Notes under the pieces: model-generated
Databases searched by the model: none
What the model was told of the DNA's origin: nothing
What the model saw: only the letters and a program-made list of their open reading frames with translations
Made by a program: the position numbers and the translations under genes
In this document: one piece after another, positions 50,101 through 60,141 of the stretch
Layout of the letters: each line of letters starts with the position of its first letter
Position numbering within the stretch: position 1 is the stretch's first letter
IMG/VR virus record: IMGVR_UViG_3300042890_005556
Source of the DNA: a virus
Length of the DNA: 64,000 nt
Strand: one strand, 5' to 3'

Positions 50101-50844
50101 GGATAGATCTTCGCTGTCTTCGATCCAAGTGACAGTCGAATCCCATCCTCGCTCCTTGAATCGCTGAATATACTTAAAATAGCCGTCAGACCAGAGAACG
50201 TAAGAATTCTCTGGTCTATACTTTGATAACGAAGCACAAAAGATCCCAGATCCGACACAAAAGAAATGCTTGACGTTTATTAGAGCTGCAATTGTTTCTC
50301 GTCGAGTGTTAAACCTGTGCAACCCTTCAACTGGTGGCTCCGACTTACTGCACCATAATATCCTTTTATTTTTAAATGCTCTAAGTACCATCATTATGTC
50401 TTGATCTTTTGACCAGCTCTGCCCACTGTTGTACTCGCTCTCTATGGCAAGGTCGAATTTTTCATTTTCAGTGACTTTTAGCTCTGTTTTTGTCGGGATG
50501 AATACAGGTCTTCTATCGGTGATGTGTACTCTCATTATGCTCGATAATTTGTCTGGCACATCTAATAGGGAGAACATACCACTGTTATTTCTAAAATATG
50601 ACCCTTGAGTGGCGTTGAAATACAAATCATATTTTAAGGCTTTGAACATCTTGACACCATCGTTTATACGGTTTATCTGAATAATATTATTGATGAATGG
50701 CAAGTTCAGAAATGCGTCTGCGAATTTTTTGTGTACGGCTACATCGATGGCTGTGCCGTGTTTTTCGGATAGATCTCTAATGAATGGTGTGAGTAGGCAA
50801 CAGTCTCCGAATGATCCGTAGCTTTCTACTCCGATTTTCATCAT
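50059..50844 (-). CDS. GT9 (heptosyltransferase)-like glycosyltransferase
   Basis: SFGDCCLLTPFIRDL..IDVAV..LPFINNI; VGSGI. Confidence 0.6.
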   Translation of the reverse strand: MMKIGVESYGSFGDCCLLTPFIRDLSEKHGTAIDVAVHKKFADAFLNLPFINNIIQINRINDGVKMFKALKYDLYFNATQGSYFRNNSGMFSLLDVPDKLSSIMRVHITDRRPVFIPTKTELKVTENEKFDLAIESEYNSGQSWSKDQDIMMVLRAFKNKRILWCSKSEPPVEGLHRFNTRRETIAALINVKHFFCVGSGIFCASLSKYRPENSYVLWSDGYFKYIQRFKERGWDSTVTWIEDSEDLSSCLNRLRIQGFLN

Positions 50845-50935
50845 CGCACCATTGTGTCTAGGTTAATAATATCTTGTCGTTTATTTATATTTCTTGTAAA
50901 AAAATATTGTGCCTTTTCCTTTAACGGAGGTGTAA

Positions 50936-51817
50936 ATGGGTTTTCATTCGAACGATGATTTTGAACATCATAATATACTGGGCAATAAAGTAAGAAGAAA
51001 TAAGACAACCATTATAATTAATGAGGAAATTACCTCTAATAATTGGGAAAGGTGGTATCTGCTGCGATCAGATGCCCACCATGATAATGGTCATTGTCGA
51101 CGCGATCTTGAAAAAGAGCACTTAGATGAAGCTAAAGCCAAGGATGCGATAATCTGTGACTTTGGTGACCTATTTTGCGTCATGCAGGGGAAATATGACC
51201 CTCGCAAAGATGCAAGAGCATTAACTGAAGAGCAGCATGGCAGAGAGGACTATCTGAATTGCGTCTTAGAAGAGTCATACAAATTTTATAAGCCATACAA
51301 AGATAACTTCTTGATGCTTAGCCCCGGCAATCATGAAACCAACATATTGAAGAGATGCGGGGTCGATCTCACCAAGCTGTTATCAAAAGAACTTGATGCG
51401 TTTAACCAGACGTATACTGGTTGGATAAAATTCATGTTTAAAAGACGTGGCTTTGTCGTGAGTAAGAATCTCTGGTATCACCACGGATATGGTGGCGGCG
51501 GGATGATGAGCTTTGGTACTCTATCAACAAGACGTCAGGCAAGTTACCTTCCAGATGCCGACATTATGGTTTCTGGCCACACGCATGATAGCTATTTTCT
51601 TGAAATGGCTAAAGAAAGACTTGACAAGAATGGCAAGATAGCCAGAAGCATCTTGACATCAATAAGAAGTCCTGGTTACAAAGATGAATCATCCTGTAAA
51701 GAGGGATGGGCAGCTGAAAGAGGCCATCCGCCGAAGCCATTGGGTGCTTGGTGGTTAAGATTTAAATATTCTGAATCTAAAGGGCTCAAATACACAGCTA
51801 TCAAAGCCGGTGAATAA
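50936..51817 (+). CDS. Calcineurin-like metallophosphoesterase
   Basis: SDAHHD, FGDLF, PGNHE, HHG, SGHTH. Confidence 0.8.
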   Translation: MGFHSNDDFEHHNILGNKVRRNKTTIIINEEITSNNWERWYLLRSDAHHDNGHCRRDLEKEHLDEAKAKDAIICDFGDLFCVMQGKYDPRKDARALTEEQHGREDYLNCVLEESYKFYKPYKDNFLMLSPGNHETNILKRCGVDLTKLLSKELDAFNQTYTGWIKFMFKRRGFVVSKNLWYHHGYGGGGMMSFGTLSTRRQASYLPDADIMVSGHTHDSYFLEMAKERLDKNGKIARSILTSIRSPGYKDESSCKEGWAAERGHPPKPLGAWWLRFKYSESKGLKYTAIKAGE

Positions 51818-51854
51818 TTGGGTTCTGCAGTATTATTAACTGCAGGAGACCCAC

Positions 51855-53639
51855 ATGCTAGAAATACAAAATGTAAGCTGGCGTAACTTTATGAGTTACG
51901 GCGAAGAAACATCGAGCCTAGACCTGTCAGAGCTAGGGCAGGTTTTAATAACAGGCGAAATCGAAGACGAAACACAAGACGGTTTAAAGAAAAGCAACGG
52001 ATCGGGAAAATCAACCATCCCAAACGTCATCCTATGGGCATTATTCGGGCGCACAATGCACTCGGCTAATCCAGGGGATGCCGTGATAAACCATTTCATT
52101 GGCAAAGACTGCTGGGTTAAAATAACGTTAAAGAACGGCGATAGTATAACCAGAACACGAGGATTAAAAGGCCACAACGAGCTACTCTATACAAAGAATG
52201 GCGAAGAAAACACGCTCAGCACAAATAAAAACTTACAGCAATTATTAAATAAAGACTTACAGTTAGACTGGGAGTTATTCACAAGCTCAGCGTTCTTCAC
52301 ACAATATAGCAAATCATGGCTAGAAATGGCAGACAATAACAGGAAGAAAGCACTAGAGCGAATCCTGAGGGTCGATAGGTTTACATTCTACGCTACAGCT
52401 GCAAAATCAAGCGCAGAAAAAGTCGACGCTAAGCTGTCAAAAATTAATATCAAAATCGAAAGCGCTAAAGCCAGAATCGCCAAGGCCACCACACAAATCG
52501 AAAGAAACACACAATTAAGAGATAATTTCGAAGGCAGCAAAACCGACAGAATACGATCAATACAAGCATCAGTAGACGTAAACCAGCAGAAAGCTGATGT
52601 TATAAAGATACCAGACTTGGATAAAATAACACAGATTTGGGAGGTCTACACCAGAATTAATGATAAGATAGAAGCGATGAAGAATGACCAGAACGACATT
52701 CTTCGCAAGACAAAGTTAGTTGAATCGACGATAAATGATTTAAAGTCCAAGGCAGCTTCGTGGAAAAACAAGAAAGGCAAGCAGTGCCTGTCTTGCATGC
52801 AAGACATAGATGAAAGCCACATTCAGCAGCACATTGAGCCATTGATTACCCAACAAGCGACAGAAGAAGCCACCTTGAATGGCCTATTAGCGGAAAAAAG
52901 CAAATTAACGCAAAATATATCAGCCACGGAATCTAAACTCGCTGAACGAAAGCCAAAGGTAACACTAAGAGAAGCAAAATCGATAATTGATGAAAAAAAT
53001 CAATTGCTAAAGTTAATAAACAGAGATCTAGAGCACATTACAAAGATAGAAAATGAGCAGAACCCGTACACGTCTAGCTTAGATGACTTAGAAAATTCGA
53101 TAATAGAAGACCAAACCATAATAATTGATTCAACACAAGAGAAAGAGCAACAAGAGTTACTGTATAGGCATTACACATATCTCAGTAAAGCATACTCAGA
53201 AAGAAATAAAATTAAAAGCTATGTTTTTAAAGAGCATATCCCTTTCATTAACCAGAGACTGAACCACTATTTGGACATGCTGAATCTGGATATTAAGGTC
53301 AATTTAACTGAAAATCTGGGTTTAGACAGCAACATGTGGGGTTATGATTTTCAGTCTGGTGGAGAGAGGAAACGCACGGACGTAGCATTTATGCTCGCTG
53401 CCTTTGACTTTCATGAGGCGATGTACGGTAGGCAGTGCAATGTTTTGGTCTTAGATGAGGTAGATGGTCGTATGGATGATGATGGTATAGACGGGCTTAT
53501 CGATATAATTAAGCAAGAATTATCAAGGAAGGCTGAAACGATCTTAATCATATCACATAGAAACCAAATGCATGATGTGTTTGATAAGGAAATTAAAGTG
53601 ACTAAGTCTAATAATTATTCCAAAATAAGGCAGATGTAA
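51855..53639 (+). CDS. SbcC/Rad50/gp46-like ATPase
   Basis: NFMSYG, NGSGKST, CLSC zinc hook, SGGERKR, LVLDEV, IISH. Confidence 0.92.
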   Translation: MLEIQNVSWRNFMSYGEETSSLDLSELGQVLITGEIEDETQDGLKKSNGSGKSTIPNVILWALFGRTMHSANPGDAVINHFIGKDCWVKITLKNGDSITRTRGLKGHNELLYTKNGEENTLSTNKNLQQLLNKDLQLDWELFTSSAFFTQYSKSWLEMADNNRKKALERILRVDRFTFYATAAKSSAEKVDAKLSKINIKIESAKARIAKATTQIERNTQLRDNFEGSKTDRIRSIQASVDVNQQKADVIKIPDLDKITQIWEVYTRINDKIEAMKNDQNDILRKTKLVESTINDLKSKAASWKNKKGKQCLSCMQDIDESHIQQHIEPLITQQATEEATLNGLLAEKSKLTQNISATESKLAERKPKVTLREAKSIIDEKNQLLKLINRDLEHITKIENEQNPYTSSLDDLENSIIEDQTIIIDSTQEKEQQELLYRHYTYLSKAYSERNKIKSYVFKEHIPFINQRLNHYLDMLNLDIKVNLTENLGLDSNMWGYDFQSGGERKRTDVAFMLAAFDFHEAMYGRQCNVLVLDEVDGRMDDDGIDGLIDIIKQELSRKAETILIISHRNQMHDVFDKEIKVTKSNNYSKIRQM

Positions 53640-53664
53640 AAATAAAGTAACTAGTGAGAAAAAT

Positions 53665-54207
53665 ATGGAATCTACAGACTTAGAAAAAATCAGACACGTT
53701 TCCAACACAGATGTTGTTCGTAAACTCCTGATTAGATATTTTATTGACAAAGGGTTTGAGAACAGTTTTGATAGGCAAGTATATCCGTCTAATCTACAAG
53801 ATATGACTGCAGTTATTCCGATATTATCAAGTAAAATAGAGATAGTCCCTCATTGCGTTGATATTGATACAGCATTGGGAAGAGCAGTCCTAGGTTGGAA
53901 CCTATTCGTGTTAGGCGATCACAGAATGTATATCGGTGAGACATATCATAACAATTTACATGATTTGGCAAGACAAATCAAGAACGGTATGCTATCTAAC
54001 ACAGATCAGTTTGAAGGTCAAGCCACTCGGACGACGACTCCAAGAAAAATAATCACTTTTGTTTGTAGGGTCTTCGGTGACCATAAGTCTGGCTACATCG
54101 ACCTTAGTCCAGCTAACAATGTTAAGCAGCCCGGCGACGCTTTTGTCGCTAAGCAAACTATGAATGCTGTGCCAGGCCAGTTCTTTGGGCGTTCTGGGTA
54201 CGGTTAA
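53665..54207 (+). CDS. Hypothetical protein
   Basis: 180 aa ORF. Confidence 0.6.
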   Translation: MESTDLEKIRHVSNTDVVRKLLIRYFIDKGFENSFDRQVYPSNLQDMTAVIPILSSKIEIVPHCVDIDTALGRAVLGWNLFVLGDHRMYIGETYHNNLHDLARQIKNGMLSNTDQFEGQATRTTTPRKIITFVCRVFGDHKSGYIDLSPANNVKQPGDAFVAKQTMNAVPGQFFGRSGYG

Positions 54208-54295
54208 ATATCAAGAACGGATATTTTATCCTATCTTGTATATACCGAATACAAGCCAGCTTCGCAAGTACACCTCGTCATAGAAGATCAAAAAG

Positions 54296-55183
54296 ATGAT
54301 CCATCCCGACACGGGCTATCATTATATCCACGTCATAAGTGACTGCATGTCCTTCGTTGATGTATACAAAAGCTACCAAAACCTCGCTCAAGAAACGCCA
54401 TATATGACCACCATAAGTTTAAGAGATTTTAGAGATAACCACGCTGGTTTACTTAATAACCCGAACAACGTAATCATAATATGGCATGACGATAGACTCA
54501 TCACAAAAGATAGAAAATGCAAAGCGATAATACGCTATTCAGAAATGGTAACAGAAAACGAAAACATAGGTCATCAAAAAGAACTACTAGATGACTATAA
54601 AGCCCATATAGATAACTATGACTACACAATAGTTCATTCAAAATCTGCAGAGAAACACATTAAAAACCTTACAGATAAAGTAGTATACCTGCCAGTTGGG
54701 TATGATCCCCTAGTGTACGGTACACCAGAATTCGACATTCCAAAAAAATTCGACCTCATAACATTTGGCTCGAACCTTGGTAGGAGAATTCAGATAAACG
54801 AAAACCTTAAAAAGCATTTCGGCGACAGGTTTCTAGAAACATCCTGCTGGGATACAGGTAGAAAACAGCTATTGGAACAAAGCAGAATCAACTTAATCAT
54901 ACCATGGTGCAAAAACCCATCCTTTCCGGCATTCAGGATGCTTCAGACACTAGGAACATCAGCAGCCATGTTGACAGAAAAAACGAACTCGCATCCAGCA
55001 AAGCAGAATAAACACATTATTCAAATAACAGACTTTGATAACGAAACGCTTACAAACCAAGAGATAGAAAGCGCCCTAACCAAAGACCTTGTAGCTATTT
55101 CAAAAAAGGCCCACGAAGATCTTAGAACTTCCACCAGAGAAGTAATGGACAAACTCGTTAAATTAACAAAAAAACACCTATGA
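54296..55183 (+). CDS. GT-B glycosyltransferase-like protein
   Basis: YLPVGYDP..FDLITFGS..RR..SRINL..FRM. Confidence 0.6.
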   Translation: MIHPDTGYHYIHVISDCMSFVDVYKSYQNLAQETPYMTTISLRDFRDNHAGLLNNPNNVIIIWHDDRLITKDRKCKAIIRYSEMVTENENIGHQKELLDDYKAHIDNYDYTIVHSKSAEKHIKNLTDKVVYLPVGYDPLVYGTPEFDIPKKFDLITFGSNLGRRIQINENLKKHFGDRFLETSCWDTGRKQLLEQSRINLIIPWCKNPSFPAFRMLQTLGTSAAMLTEKTNSHPAKQNKHIIQITDFDNETLTNQEIESALTKDLVAISKKAHEDLRTSTREVMDKLVKLTKKHL

Positions 55184-55227
55184 CCGGCTCTCCACCAAAC
55201 GGTAACTATAATTAGCGCCTATATTCT

Positions 55228-57093
55228 TTGCATACAAATGGGAATGATATGATAAACATAGAATCAGATCCAATTGACTTGGATACTATCCTCAAAGCTT
55301 TCAAAGAACTAGCCAGTAATATAAACATTAATGATGACAGACAAAAATTAGAAGATGATGTGGTAATATTATGTCAGACTTTCAGAGCTATAAAAGTAAC
55401 TGGTTATGAAGACGGTGTAAGAGAAGCTTATCAAGAAGTATGCGAAAAATTAGCAGACACGATATGTGATAGCCGATTCGATTTTGATAGACATTTCTGC
55501 TTTAAAATGCAAGAGTATGGTAATGTCTTCTCGAATCTCGTAGCATCATGCGACCTAAAAAACACAGACAAGTATATCGAAAGATTAAGAAATGACGATC
55601 AAAAACACAGCATTTACAAAAGACTGTTTCTAACATCGTCTAGAAACAAGCAGGAGTACATTAAAGAGGTAGCTGACCACTACCACACAGATATACCGCT
55701 ATACAACAATTGGGCGTCTAATTTATTCCAAATAATATCATGCGGCCTTCTGAATATGCACGTAAGAGATAATTTAATATTCTTAAGCAATTACATAATT
55801 GCAAACGAGTTCAAATGGGCTGCAGCAATCGGCGACGTGTATAACCATTCAGCATACACAGATAACCCATTAGAAAGACGATTAAAGGAACATATAAACG
55901 ACCAATGCAAAGAACTTTTTCATCCAGACTTTGTACCCATAAACAATAAGACTAAAAGAATAGGCATTTTTACAGAAAATTTTTTTCAAGGTCACAGCAC
56001 CCACAGGACAGTGGCGAAATACATTCATGCTTTGGCTGATAGATACGAATTAATATTGCTGCACGGTGAACGATACAGGGTATTACCGCTGAACGTTAAA
56101 TCCGATGAGAGAATATTCAAGGAAATTCATCAAATAAGCATTTTTGGGACTTACGATCCATTTGAAATGTCCATAGTTGGGCCACAGAATCTAAAGCTGG
56201 ACATATTGATATACCCAGACTGTGCATGCGACGCATTATCACTAATAATGGCAAATATGCGGCTTGCACCAGCGCAGATGGCTATGACAGGAATGCCCAC
56301 TAGCACATTTAATAGCGAAATAGATTACTTTATATCAGGCAGAGACGTAGAATGCCTTGAAAAAATCGATGACAATTATAACGAAAGAGTCGTTTGCTTG
56401 CCGGGTTTAGGGGCGATCCATACGAGACACACACCTATAAAAGAATTCACAAAGCCAGAACCCAAAGACGACATTCTAATTGGCGGCTCATGGGTATGCC
56501 CCAAAACGCACCACTTTATGGCTTCCGCATTAGGTGAAGCGCTTAACAGAGTGAATAAAAAATGCACATTGAGAGTGTTCGCAGGGCTAGCTTGGTTTAC
56601 AGCCAACAGAGTATACGTTCCATATATCGATGAACTTGGAAAATATTTCAACGACAACATCACTCTTAGTATTATTGAAGGTGCAGAAGGGCACAAATAT
56701 AACGACTTGATGGCAGAAGTAGATTTAGCTGTTGACAGTTACCCTTGGGGAGGTTCTAACACGGTCAGCGACTGTATCCAATTAAATAAACCAGTTGTAG
56801 TTTGGCAAGGCGACAAATGGTATAATAGAATCGGTCCAGCTATGTTAAGACGCATAGGTCTAGAGAGTCTAATAGCTAAAAACAGAACAGAATATATTGA
56901 TAAGACTATCAGATTAGTGGAAGATGATGCTTGGAGAATAGAGCTAAGCGAGCTGATTAGCGAGCATAACAAATCGGGACTTGTGGACTCCGAAATCTAC
57001 AATAGTCAGAAAGGTGTAGAAGCATTTTCTACATTTATAGATAACGTGATAAATGGTAACATACAACCAGGAAAAGAGCCGCTTTTATTGTGA
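55228..57093 (+). CDS. GT41-family (O-GlcNAc transferase / HMW1C-like) protein glycosyltransferase
   Basis: HSTHR, LDILIYPD, MRLAPAQMAMTGMPTST, IDYFIS, DLAVDSYPWGGSNT. Confidence 0.8.
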   Translation: MHTNGNDMINIESDPIDLDTILKAFKELASNININDDRQKLEDDVVILCQTFRAIKVTGYEDGVREAYQEVCEKLADTICDSRFDFDRHFCFKMQEYGNVFSNLVASCDLKNTDKYIERLRNDDQKHSIYKRLFLTSSRNKQEYIKEVADHYHTDIPLYNNWASNLFQIISCGLLNMHVRDNLIFLSNYIIANEFKWAAAIGDVYNHSAYTDNPLERRLKEHINDQCKELFHPDFVPINNKTKRIGIFTENFFQGHSTHRTVAKYIHALADRYELILLHGERYRVLPLNVKSDERIFKEIHQISIFGTYDPFEMSIVGPQNLKLDILIYPDCACDALSLIMANMRLAPAQMAMTGMPTSTFNSEIDYFISGRDVECLEKIDDNYNERVVCLPGLGAIHTRHTPIKEFTKPEPKDDILIGGSWVCPKTHHFMASALGEALNRVNKKCTLRVFAGLAWFTANRVYVPYIDELGKYFNDNITLSIIEGAEGHKYNDLMAEVDLAVDSYPWGGSNTVSDCIQLNKPVVVWQGDKWYNRIGPAMLRRIGLESLIAKNRTEYIDKTIRLVEDDAWRIELSELISEHNKSGLVDSEIYNSQKGVEAFSTFIDNVINGNIQPGKEPLLL

Positions 57094-57971
57094 AAATACT
57101 TTTCATCGCAGATCCAATAGAAAGCATAAAGAAATATAGTTTCATAAATGACTATATGAGAGATCTGCTATACCATGGATTATTAGAAACTGAAGATGTG
57201 GAAATAGAATGCACAAAACCAATTATACCAGCTCACAAACAGTATAAAAGCCAAATAAGCCCAGAGTTATTATGGGGAAAAGGATTTACAGCATCATTTC
57301 TTATAGACGACGCGCCAAAAATAGCAGAAGACGTTGAAAATAAAATCAAAGACAAACATTATGATCTCATACTCTATGCTGATTCGAGAACATGTCTAGA
57401 CTACTATAGAATATGTAATGATGTTTATGATAGTGACCGAATTTTTATGGTTGATGGTCGTGATGATAACGAAGTGGCTAGTACCGCTGACAAGCATTTA
57501 TATTTCAAACGGGAGCTGGTTGACGATAGCCGATGTGAACCTATTTCATTTGCGATCCCCGAGTCTAAAATCTTTTCTGATGATGTAATGAAAGCGATGC
57601 ATATTGCTACGATTATACCAGGAGACATGTCAACATACATTTTCGATACTGAGAGCAGTTACTATAATGACTATCAAATGTCTATGTTTGGATTAACCCG
57701 TAAGAAAATGGGCTGGGATTGCATGAGACATTATGAGATAATAGCTAATAGGTGTGTGCCTGTTTTTGCGGATATAGCTGAGTGCCCTAAAAAGACATTA
57801 GTAAACTTTCCTAAAGAGCTGTGTCTTGAAGCTTTGGATTTATATCATAACTTTAAAAATAATGATGCATGTCACGAGAGATATTTTAATATAGAGCTCC
57901 AGTTCATAAATCATTTGATTAAGCATCAAACCACAAAAGCTTTGGCATCTTACGTGTTATCGTTTTCGTAA
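57090..57971 (+). CDS. Glycosyltransferase-like protein
   Basis: YFKREL..PISFAIP..KKMGWDCMRHYEIIAN.CVP. Confidence 0.6.
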   Translation: MKILFIADPIESIKKYSFINDYMRDLLYHGLLETEDVEIECTKPIIPAHKQYKSQISPELLWGKGFTASFLIDDAPKIAEDVENKIKDKHYDLILYADSRTCLDYYRICNDVYDSDRIFMVDGRDDNEVASTADKHLYFKRELVDDSRCEPISFAIPESKIFSDDVMKAMHIATIIPGDMSTYIFDTESSYYNDYQMSMFGLTRKKMGWDCMRHYEIIANRCVPVFADIAECPKKTLVNFPKELCLEALDLYHNFKNNDACHERYFNIELQFINHLIKHQTTKALASYVLSFS

Positions 57972-58717
57972 AATATGGCGTTTTGGGACGTATAGTCTAT
58001 ATCGCTGGCTATGTCGACTAATATTTTTGGTCTTACTATGTCGGATTCTACATTAATATCTTTTAAATATGTTCGGAATATTGTTTCAGGGTGATATATC
58101 CCGCACATTCTGGTGTAGTATCCGAATGTTGGGAAAAGATTGCTATATTTGTCCATCAGTTCAGATGGTCCAAATGCAAACTGGTCGTTAATGCCTCCCA
58201 TCCAATCTCTATAGATCGGCACGTTTATTTTATGAAGATCATATTGGTCTAGCGGGCTCATTACCTTAATTTCTGAGTCATATCGCATACGGATTACGAC
58301 GTCGAATTTCATTGCGTTTTCGTTTTCGTAATATGATTTTAAAGCATTTGCTGCTCTGATTGAGTAGTGCATGCTTATTGGGCCTATGTTTGAGCCTATA
58401 GAGTGTAGGTTAATGTCTTCTACGCTGGTTATCTCTAAGAAATGCGGTAGCAGTTCCATTGTAACTTGATCGTAGTCTTCTATGGCTTGGTATATTGGGT
58501 TATAGAGCTGGGCTATTTGGTGTGTGTTGAGTTCTACGTTGGTCAGGTATTCGTGTTGCTTGTGTTTTGACCAGCTGTCTTCTATCAATCTGAGGGGGTT
58601 AATATTGTATGTGTGTAGGAATATTTTTGGATTGTAGTCTGAAAAATAGTCTTGTATGCTTTTTAGGCTGTTTTGGTAGTATTTTGTTGTGCCTGAGATG
58701 CAGATTGCTATTTGCAT
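57950..58717 (-). CDS. Glycosyltransferase-like protein
   Basis: IAICISG..FDVVIRMRYD..INDQFAFG. Confidence 0.6.
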   Translation of the reverse strand: MQIAICISGTTKYYQNSLKSIQDYFSDYNPKIFLHTYNINPLRLIEDSWSKHKQHEYLTNVELNTHQIAQLYNPIYQAIEDYDQVTMELLPHFLEITSVEDINLHSIGSNIGPISMHYSIRAANALKSYYENENAMKFDVVIRMRYDSEIKVMSPLDQYDLHKINVPIYRDWMGGINDQFAFGPSELMDKYSNLFPTFGYYTRMCGIYHPETIFRTYLKDINVESDIVRPKILVDIASDIDYTSQNAIFYENDNT

Positions 58718-58729
58718 GTTTTGCCCTTT

Positions 58730-58773
58730 ATTATAAGTAAAGAGCCCTTTTGTGTGGGCTCTTTACTTATAAT
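58730..58773. terminator. Perfect 18-bp hairpin, probable terminator or processing signal
   Basis: ATTATAAGTAAAGAGCCC-ttttgtgt-GGGCTCTTTACTTATAAT. Confidence 0.7.
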
Positions 58774-58776
58774 TAT

Positions 58777-60066
58777 TCAGGGAGTGAGACCGTGTGATAG
58801 GCAGACTAGTTTTATTTGGTCTCTAAAGTCATTTACTGATCTTATGGTGATTCCAAAGAATTCGGCCATGTGGTTGATTTTTGGGTCACCAGCTCCAAAT
58901 CTGTCGCTGAATGATTCATATACTTCACCGTTTTGGATCAGTATATCGTAAACTTGTTGACAAAGTCCCTTTGGCAGGGATTTCCGTATGGTAGACAAAG
59001 CATCTTCGGCTTCTATTACTGAAACGTGATCTTCCAAGATCATTTTCTGGCCCTCAACAAAGCGGTGGCCTATCTGGTCTAGAGTAGAACCACCTTCGTC
59101 CTCGGTGACACTTAGTTGATTGTCCAGAACAGTTACGTGTTCTGGGCGAATCACTACTGCTTCAAGCTCATCCTGACAAGAAGACTCATCCGTGATTTGG
59201 ATAGATATCGTATTGTTATCGATACCTAATAATACGCCATGTCTTATTGCTTTTTCTTTGATTTTAGAAAATTCAATAGAGAATTCTGGTGGCGTTTGCA
59301 TTCCTAAAATATGGAACGCATAGTGACTATCTTCCTTGGCACAATTGTAATCAATGTTCATCTGGGAGCATGTACTTGCTAGCTCTTCGGAGATGATGTA
59401 GTCTGGGCGACCGCTGATCAATTGTGGTACCTTTTTATGTTCTTGGCGTTTGTTTTCTTTTAAGTGTTGTCTGAAGTAATTCCAGGCGAATTCACCAAAG
59501 AATTTCTTGAGCTGCTTTGGGTCGTTGACGATTGCTTCTGGGTTCTCATATTTTCTCTCGCCAGGGATTGGCTGTATTGGCGATATGATTTTTGATCCTG
59601 AGTACCCTTCTGCTAGAAGCAAGCGGTAGTCGTCGTAGTCAATGAATGTTTTTTCGGTGGTGAGGTTGCCTTTTTCGGCTATTTTGACTTTATTACAGCT
59701 AGGGCAACATATGAGTTGCTGGTCTATGCTCTTGGCTTTACCTCTTTTTGTCAGATATTGTGTCTGCTGGCAACTTTCGCATTTAAATGTGTAGTCGCGG
59801 TGGTAAAAGAGGTTTATCACTCCGCGCCATATTGCTATCTGATATTCTAGCTCGGCTGCTGTAGAGTCGTCGGCGTAGTCTCCGCCAATTGTCACCCTGA
59901 ATTGTTTCATTATCTCTGCTCTATGTCTTACCATTTCTTTATGATTTGACACATATGTCACCATGTCATGCACTTTTTGTCGTTCGTCTTCTGAGATTTG
60001 CGACATGGTGATGTTTACCAATGAGCCTCTGAGATATAGCTTTGGCATTTGACGAACAATCGGCAT
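58777..60066 (-). CDS. Sigma70-like/HTH transcription factor with zinc-ribbon insertion
   Basis: Region-2-like EYQIAIWRG..FAWNYFRQ; CESC..CCPSC; C-terminal HTH INHMAEFFGITIRSV; GGAGG RBS. Confidence 0.5.
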   Translation of the reverse strand: MPIVRQMPKLYLRGSLVNITMSQISEDERQKVHDMVTYVSNHKEMVRHRAEIMKQFRVTIGGDYADDSTAAELEYQIAIWRGVINLFYHRDYTFKCESCQQTQYLTKRGKAKSIDQQLICCPSCNKVKIAEKGNLTTEKTFIDYDDYRLLLAEGYSGSKIISPIQPIPGERKYENPEAIVNDPKQLKKFFGEFAWNYFRQHLKENKRQEHKKVPQLISGRPDYIISEELASTCSQMNIDYNCAKEDSHYAFHILGMQTPPEFSIEFSKIKEKAIRHGVLLGIDNNTISIQITDESSCQDELEAVVIRPEHVTVLDNQLSVTEDEGGSTLDQIGHRFVEGQKMILEDHVSVIEAEDALSTIRKSLPKGLCQQVYDILIQNGEVYESFSDRFGAGDPKINHMAEFFGITIRSVNDFRDQIKLVCLSHGLTP

Positions 60067-60141
60067 TTGTTACCTCCATGGTTGTGTGATTACCACTGCC
60101 GTATTTTAGAACAGACAATCCTTTTTGGCAGGAGATCCGCC

